Shown one piece after another: positions 51,838 through 53,478 of a stretch of DNA of 53,478 bases. How positions within the stretch are numbered: the stretch's first letter is position 1; each line of letters starts with the position of its first letter. Origin of the DNA: Octopus bimaculoides (taxonomy: Eukaryota). The position numbers and the translations under genes are program-made. Location of the stretch: NCBI RefSeq assembly GCF_001194135.2, contig NC_068987.1:88152861-88206338 (forward strand), read 5' to 3'. The notes below the pieces were generated by a model. The model searched no databases. It was given only the letters and a program-made list of their open reading frames with translations, and was not told the DNA's origin.

Positions 51838-52204
51838 CATCTTCGTTTAATGTCCACTTTCCATGCTAGCATGGGTTGGACGATTTGACTGAGGACTGGT
51901 AAACCAGGTGGCTACACCAGGCTCCAATCTGATTTGGCAGAGTTTCTACAGCTGGATGCCCTTCCTAACACAGACCACCCCGAGAGTGTAGTGGGTGCAT
52001 CATTATTATATTATGTAACACATTTCCTGACTTGAAAAGAATCTGAATGATGTATGTTTTGTTGTGGCTGTTGTTATTATTATTATTATCATTGCTTTTT
52101 TTTCAATGATTTTTTTTCTTTTGCAGATGTATCGTTTGACCGTCAGAGCAAGTAAAGATACAGTGCCGAAGGCTATTGGGGACCTGTTGGCAATACAGTT
52201 CTGA
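5182..52204 (+). CDS. AP2A2: AP-2 complex subunit alpha (alpha-adaptin); multi-exon gene, 5'-partial (first ~45 codons upstream of window); 21 coding exons in window incl. one in a gap
   Basis: Spliced translation gives diagnostic alpha-adaptin motifs from [38 protein letters not shown] to [25 protein letters not shown]; all exon phases join in frame (2717 coding nt assuming a 97-nt hidden exon). Symbol is nominal: likely a single invertebrate ortholog of AP2A1/AP2A2. Confidence 0.98.
5375..5830 (-). mobile_element. degenerate tRNA-derived SINE with RTE-like (GAT)n tail
   Basis: head near 5830, (CA)n, body shared with 14160-14420, 22055-22280 and 33700-34010. Confidence 0.6.
7235..7600 (+). 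mobile_element. decayed RTE-clade LINE 3' fragment with C-terminal zinc-finger remnant
   Basis: frameshifted translation FYREFAT..KPKKCF*DVVKATLKAF..AFEAQRI and [22 protein letters not shown] resembles RTE ORF2 C-termini. Confidence 0.6.
8555..8813. mobile_element. Penelope-type terminal fragments as an inverted pair, each with a degenerate hammerhead motif
   Basis: left arm (- strand, 8555-8676) and right arm (+, 8681-8813) form a ~95-bp hairpin; CTGATGA at 8694-8700; CTGAAGA on - strand at 8636-8630. Confidence 0.75.
8965..9137 (-). mobile_element. RTE-3'-end-type repeat
   Basis: contains gctggatgcccttcctaatgccaacc and a (CAT)n tail. Confidence 0.75.
9364..9632 (+). mobile_element. young RTE-3'-end repeat with (GAT)n tail
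   Basis: near-identical to the 3'UTR of the LINE at 41173-41436. Confidence 0.85.
10893..11275 (+). mobile_element. tRNA-derived SINE (CORE-like domain, tail type A)
   Basis: A/B-box-like head, gagcaagtgtctt motif, tail ending gtgccccagcatggccacagttcagtgattgaaacaag. Confidence 0.75.
11302..11525. mobile_element. piggyBac-type MITE
   Basis: TTAA on both sides; TIR CCCATTAAGTCCCA vs CCCATTTAGTCCCA; internal 15-bp inverted repeat cctataaataggaca. Confidence 0.8.
11919..12080 (+). mobile_element. tRNA-derived SINE head of a distinct family
   Basis: ggcgcaatgacccagtggttagggc (A-box-like) and gtttcgattctc (B-box-like); no full cloverleaf. Confidence 0.65.
12640..12830 (+). mobile_element. degenerate SINE of the 34944-35390 family
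   Basis: ttctgagttcaaatcc...ggggttgacaaaataaagtaccag; other copies near 3156-3320, 19128-19540 and 40985-41150 (-). Confidence 0.65.
12975..13295 (-). mobile_element. CORE-like tRNA SINE, same family as 26902-27247
   Basis: reverse complement aligns with the head, core and tail of 26902-27247. Confidence 0.75.
14755..14948 (+). CDS. AP2A2: AP2A exon (GYLFITVL...LLVSG)
   Basis: gtag acceptor, gtcagt donor, 194 nt, phase 0-2. Confidence 0.96.
15057..15365 (+). repeat. (TCTG)n-derived 18-nt minisatellite (tctatgtctgtctttctg), ~12 copies
   Basis: direct reading; produces the LSVYVC repeat ORFs. Confidence 0.92.
17026..17155 (+). CDS. AP2A2: AP2A exon (ETIDSVKQ...NDQHM)
   Basis: tgtag acceptor, gtaata donor, 130 nt. 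Confidence 0.96.
17175..17388. mobile_element. degenerate TTAA-type MITE, same family as 38087-38276
   Basis: shared body ttttgaattaatc.tgcattatct and end aatgctaaagag. Confidence 0.6.
17565..17786. mobile_element. piggyBac-type MITE
   Basis: TTAA|CCCTTT...AAAGGG|TTAA; truncated inverted relative at 37616-37808. Confidence 0.78.
18746..18847 (+). CDS. AP2A2: AP2A exon ([34 protein letters not shown]); absent from ORF track
   Basis: tttag acceptor, gtgagt donor, 102 nt, hand-translated. Confidence 0.96.
19631..20405 (+). mobile_element. two tandem full-length tRNA/CORE-like SINEs (19631-19985, 20001-20405)
   Basis: each has tggctgtgtgg..gggttcagtccc..accttgggcaagtgtctt and tail type A. Confidence 0.8.
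22738..23150. mobile_element. mariner-type MITE interrupted by a young RTE-3'-end insertion (22814-23012)
   Basis: TIR ..tgctgaaaagttcc(t/a)ggcttt at both ends, TA at right flank. Confidence 0.75.
24500..24880 (-). mobile_element. decayed R4/Dong-like LINE 3' fragment (restriction-like endonuclease region)
   Basis: frameshifted translation [42 protein letters not shown]. Confidence 0.7.
25126..25234 (+). CDS. AP2A2: AP2A exon ([36 protein letters not shown]); absent from ORF track
   Basis: tacag acceptor, gtaacc donor, 109 nt. Confidence 0.96.
26571..26793 (+). CDS. AP2A2: AP2A exon ([14 protein letters not shown]...HRETNLR)
   Basis: ccgcag acceptor, gtatat donor after AG of the Arg codon, 223 nt; read-through loses homology immediately. 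Confidence 0.93.
26902..27247 (+). mobile_element. CORE-like tRNA SINE with (CCTA)n tail and 13-bp TSD
   Basis: TSD ctactctatagca at 26889-26901 and 27248-27260; gagttcaattcc B box; tccttgagcaagacacttt core. Confidence 0.85.
27719..28062 (+). mobile_element. composite non-autonomous element: inverted 3' fragment + tRNA-like head + (AAT)n + Penelope-type tail with hammerhead motif
   Basis: A-box-like TAGGGTAGTGG 27807-27817; B box AGTTCGATTCC 27851-27861; hammerhead-like 27938-27983; inverted arm 27719-27774. Confidence 0.7.
28116..28212 (+). CDS. AP2A2: AP2A exon largely hidden in assembly gap (expected R|YLALE...ALK-like); end coordinate estimated
   Basis: ttgttgcag acceptor at 28115 followed by AT then Ns; A completes AGA (Arg) and T starts Tyr; ~32 conserved residues are otherwise missing. 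Confidence 0.75.
28920..29270 (-). mobile_element. RTE-3'-end repeat
   Basis: (CAT)n tail then ttaacgtccactttccatgctagcatggg. Confidence 0.8.
29586..29723 (+). CDS. AP2A2: AP2A exon ([15 protein letters not shown]...IREEM)
   Basis: ttcag acceptor, gtaggt donor, 138 nt. Confidence 0.97.
29783..30020. mobile_element. piggyBac-type MITE
   Basis: TTAA|CCCTTT...AAAGGG|TTAA. Confidence 0.7.
30797..30904 (+). CDS. AP2A2: AP2A exon ([18 protein letters not shown]...VSEE)
   Basis: ccag acceptor, gtaagc donor, 108 nt. Confidence 0.97.
31898..32665 (+). repeat. 26-nt minisatellite (aaaaagcactggtgctggtgccacat) spanning gap 32132-32559
   Basis: 26-27 nt periodicity; unit matches an internal sub-repeat of the RTE-tail family and runs into such an element on the right. 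Confidence 0.88.
33244..33318 (+). CDS. AP2A2: AP2A exon ([25 protein letters not shown])
   Basis: tacag acceptor, gtaagg donor, 75 nt. Confidence 0.97.
34036..34388 (-). mobile_element. CORE-like tRNA SINE with a different tail (TTTACCC repeats) and 13-bp TSD
   Basis: TSD tgaagtcaaataa at 34023-34035 and 34389-34401. Confidence 0.85.
34944..35390 (-). mobile_element. head-to-tail dimer of a young tRNA SINE nested in an older SINE
   Basis: full copy 35390-35156 plus 5'-truncated copy 35155-34944; single 15-bp TSD cttctttcagtttct at 34929-34943 and 35391-35405. Confidence 0.88.
35656..35753 (+). CDS. AP2A2: AP2A exon ([32 protein letters not shown])
   Basis: tgtag acceptor, gtaaac donor, 98 nt. 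Confidence 0.97.
36993..37122 (+). CDS. AP2A2: AP2A exon ([16 protein letters not shown]...SIQE)
   Basis: ttcag acceptor, gtatgt donor, 130 nt. Confidence 0.96.
37164..37560. mobile_element. old foldback/MITE with long imperfect arms and a (TC)n centre
   Basis: gaaacagattttg..gggtcatta.gc..ataa arms inverted; relatives at ~3860-4070 and ~46975-47265. Confidence 0.6.
38087..38276. mobile_element. piggyBac-type MITE
   Basis: TTAA flanks; TIR CTCTTTAGCATT vs CCGTTTAGCATT. Confidence 0.72.
38500..38760 (-). mobile_element. highly decayed RTE LINE fragment
   Basis: [10 protein letters not shown] and FTWMC resemble RTE post-RT motifs (AMLYGSETW, LRWMC). Confidence 0.45.
39110..39465 (+). mobile_element. 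full-length tRNA/CORE-like SINE, tail type A
   Basis: same head and tail as 19631-19985. Confidence 0.75.
39600..39985 (+). mobile_element. decayed RTE (Expander/Rex3-like) LINE 3' fragment
   Basis: frameshifted [41 protein letters not shown]; GATA-like tail. Confidence 0.7.
40123..40224 (+). CDS. AP2A2: AP2A exon ([34 protein letters not shown])
   Basis: tgcag acceptor, gtgaga donor, 102 nt. Confidence 0.96.
40361..40662 (+). mobile_element. young RTE-3'-end repeat
   Basis: ggtggcacgtaaaaagcacc sub-repeats, ggaagggcatccagctgtagaaac, (GAT)n tail. Confidence 0.85.
41173..42060 (-). mobile_element. 5'-truncated young RTE-clade LINE (ORF2 C-terminus, 3'UTR, (GAT)n tail)
   Basis: open frame [44 protein letters not shown]; gap 41437-41691; probable TSD aatgatgataat at 41161-41172 and 42075-42086. 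Confidence 0.9.
42338..42517 (+). CDS. AP2A2: AP2A exon ([25 protein letters not shown]...PPSSQ), end of trunk / start of hinge
   Basis: A-rich caaaaag acceptor; gtctgt donor inferred; 180 nt. Confidence 0.9.
43148..43165 (+). CDS. AP2A2: candidate alternative 18-nt microexon (GNFKSR) in the hinge
   Basis: cttttgttgtttcacag acceptor and gtaagt donor; phase 0-0 matches the flanking exons; no stop; no expression evidence. Confidence 0.45.
43441..43631 (+). CDS. AP2A2: AP2A hinge exon ([27 protein letters not shown])
   Basis: ttcag acceptor, gtacgt donor, 191 nt; DLLGL and LLVDVF motifs. Confidence 0.92.
43655..44012 (-). mobile_element. full-length tRNA/CORE-like SINE
   Basis: reverse complement of the 19631-19985 family. 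Confidence 0.8.
44520..44890 (+). mobile_element. full-length tRNA/CORE-like SINE, inverted relative to 43655-44012
   Basis: ggcatggctgtgtggtgagaag head, tail type A. Confidence 0.8.
45717..45889 (+). CDS. AP2A2: AP2A ear exon ([23 protein letters not shown]...RISS), ends at a U12 donor
   Basis: tgcag acceptor; 3' boundary ATATCCTTTT; 173 nt. Confidence 0.93.
45890..46740 (+). other. U12-type (minor spliceosome) AT-AC intron, 851 nt
   Basis: 5'ss ATATCCTTTTA at 45890; branch site TTCCTTAAC at 46723-46731; terminal AC at 46739-46740; join C|AG gives Gln in frame. Confidence 0.93.
45987..46410 (-). mobile_element. RTE-tail repeat with an expanded (CAT/CGT)n microsatellite, inside the U12 intron
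   Basis: 120-nt mixed CAT/CGT run; further copies at 45145-45470, 48663-48925, 50797-51045 and 51799-51999. Confidence 0.8.
46741..46864 (+). CDS. AP2A2: AP2A ear exon ([28 protein letters not shown]); absent from ORF track
   Basis: starts after AC acceptor, gtaagt donor, 124 nt. Confidence 0.93.
48475..48591 (+). CDS. AP2A2: AP2A exon ([19 protein letters not shown]...ARWKALN)
   Basis: ttcag acceptor, gtgagt donor, 117 nt. Confidence 0.95.
49058..49360 (-). mobile_element. mariner 5' remnant: TIR plus transposase N-terminal HTH pseudogene
   Basis: ATG at 49251: [59 protein letters not shown]../SGRP (frameshifted); TA+TTAGGT terminus at 49360. Confidence 0.8.
49784..50350. mobile_element. 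567-bp MITE with 37-bp TIRs (GGATC...), 8-bp TSD and a central telomere-repeat palindrome
   Basis: TSD ggcaattt at 49776-49783 and 50351-50358; TIR 34/37 identical; inner inverted repeat 30/33. Confidence 0.88.
50433..50502 (+). CDS. AP2A2: AP2A exon ([23 protein letters not shown])
   Basis: tatag acceptor, gtcagg donor, 70 nt. Confidence 0.93.
50638..50772 (+). CDS. AP2A2: AP2A exon ([29 protein letters not shown])
   Basis: ttcag acceptor, gtatga donor, 135 nt. Confidence 0.96.
52127..52204 (+). CDS. AP2A2: AP2A last coding exon ([10 protein letters not shown]...AIQF*)
   Basis: tgcag acceptor; TGA at 52202-52204. Confidence 0.96.
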   Translation: MYRLTVRASKDTVPKAIGDLLAIQF

Positions 52205-52214
52205 GTGGAGAAAG

Positions 52215-52433
52215 AATAAAGATAATACTTTTGACATTAACATCATCTGTGAACTTTCTTCCTGGCAGATAAAGAGTTAATTAAATATATAAAATATAAA
52301 TGAAACAAGATTGCATATGACAGCATTAACAAAACATGTTGTGATGAAAATGAAAGGCAAAAATTAAAGAAAGAAAACCAAACGGGAGAAAAAAAACATG
52401 AGGATGATCGATTCTTTCTTTAGAATTAATAAA
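52215..52433 (+). terminator. candidate poly(A) signals AATAAA at 52215-52220 and 52428-52433 (more further downstream)
   Basis: hexamers in the A-rich 3'UTR; the used site cannot be determined. Confidence 0.35.
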
Positions 52434-53010
52434 TATGTGTCCAAAATTGTTAATTTTTATCTACCTTGCCATGTCCAGTGTAGTATTTGACTGGTGTTCA
52501 GTACAATATGAGGAAGAGGAGACAACTTGGCTTAAGTTTAGATGGAAAAAAAAAAAGGAATAAATGAATAAAAAAAAGTGGTAACTGAATTCAAAAGACA
52601 AACTAATGCTAGGCATCGAAATGGCAGGAGTGCATGGGGAAGAGAATCTAGATTTAGGTAAATTACCAGCCAACAGTTTTCAATGTATTTGTGAATGGTT
52701 AAAGAAAAAAACAAAAAACAAAAAGCAAAAACAAATAAAAGCAGCAGCGTATAAAAAATAAACAAACAAACAAGTTTAATACTTCTTTGAATGGAAAACA
52801 AAAAGGAACTGTTGTTGACTGGTAGTGTGTTTCTTAGTTGACTTTGAGATGTTTTTTTCAATACCAACAAAAAAAAAAAACAACTTTAAAAAAGAAGAAA
52901 AGTGTGAATAAAAAAAAAAAGGAAGTCTAAATAATTCACAATTCCATCATAAAGACCAAAGCTCCAACATTTCCTCTGAGTTAATGCTTTGTTCTACAAA
53001 AATAATGACG

Positions 53011-53478
<468 letters not shown>

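Overview
AT-rich eukaryotic DNA, most likely an Octopus draft assembly (inferred from the repeat types and the many small N gaps). The window is almost entirely one + strand gene, AP-2 adaptor complex subunit alpha (alpha-adaptin, ortholog of AP2A1/AP2A2). I traced 20 visible coding exons from 5182 to the TGA at 52204 by hand translation and splice sites. The N-terminal ~45 codons lie upstream of the window. One further exon (~97 nt) runs into the assembly gap at 28118-28590, with its acceptor and first 2 nt visible. Intron 45890-46740 is a textbook minor-spliceosome (U12) AT-AC intron, and there is a candidate 18-nt in-frame microexon in the hinge (43148-43165). The introns are packed with tRNA-derived SINEs, RTE and R4/Dong LINE fragments, mariner remnants, TTAA (piggyBac-type) MITEs, an 8-bp-TSD MITE with a telomere-repeat palindrome, and mini/microsatellites. 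The most novel-looking element has a tRNA-like head joined to a Penelope-type tail whose consensus folds into a minimal type I hammerhead ribozyme (27719-28062, related copy 8555-8813). Most ORF-track entries are spurious. No prokaryotic features or CRISPR arrays are present.
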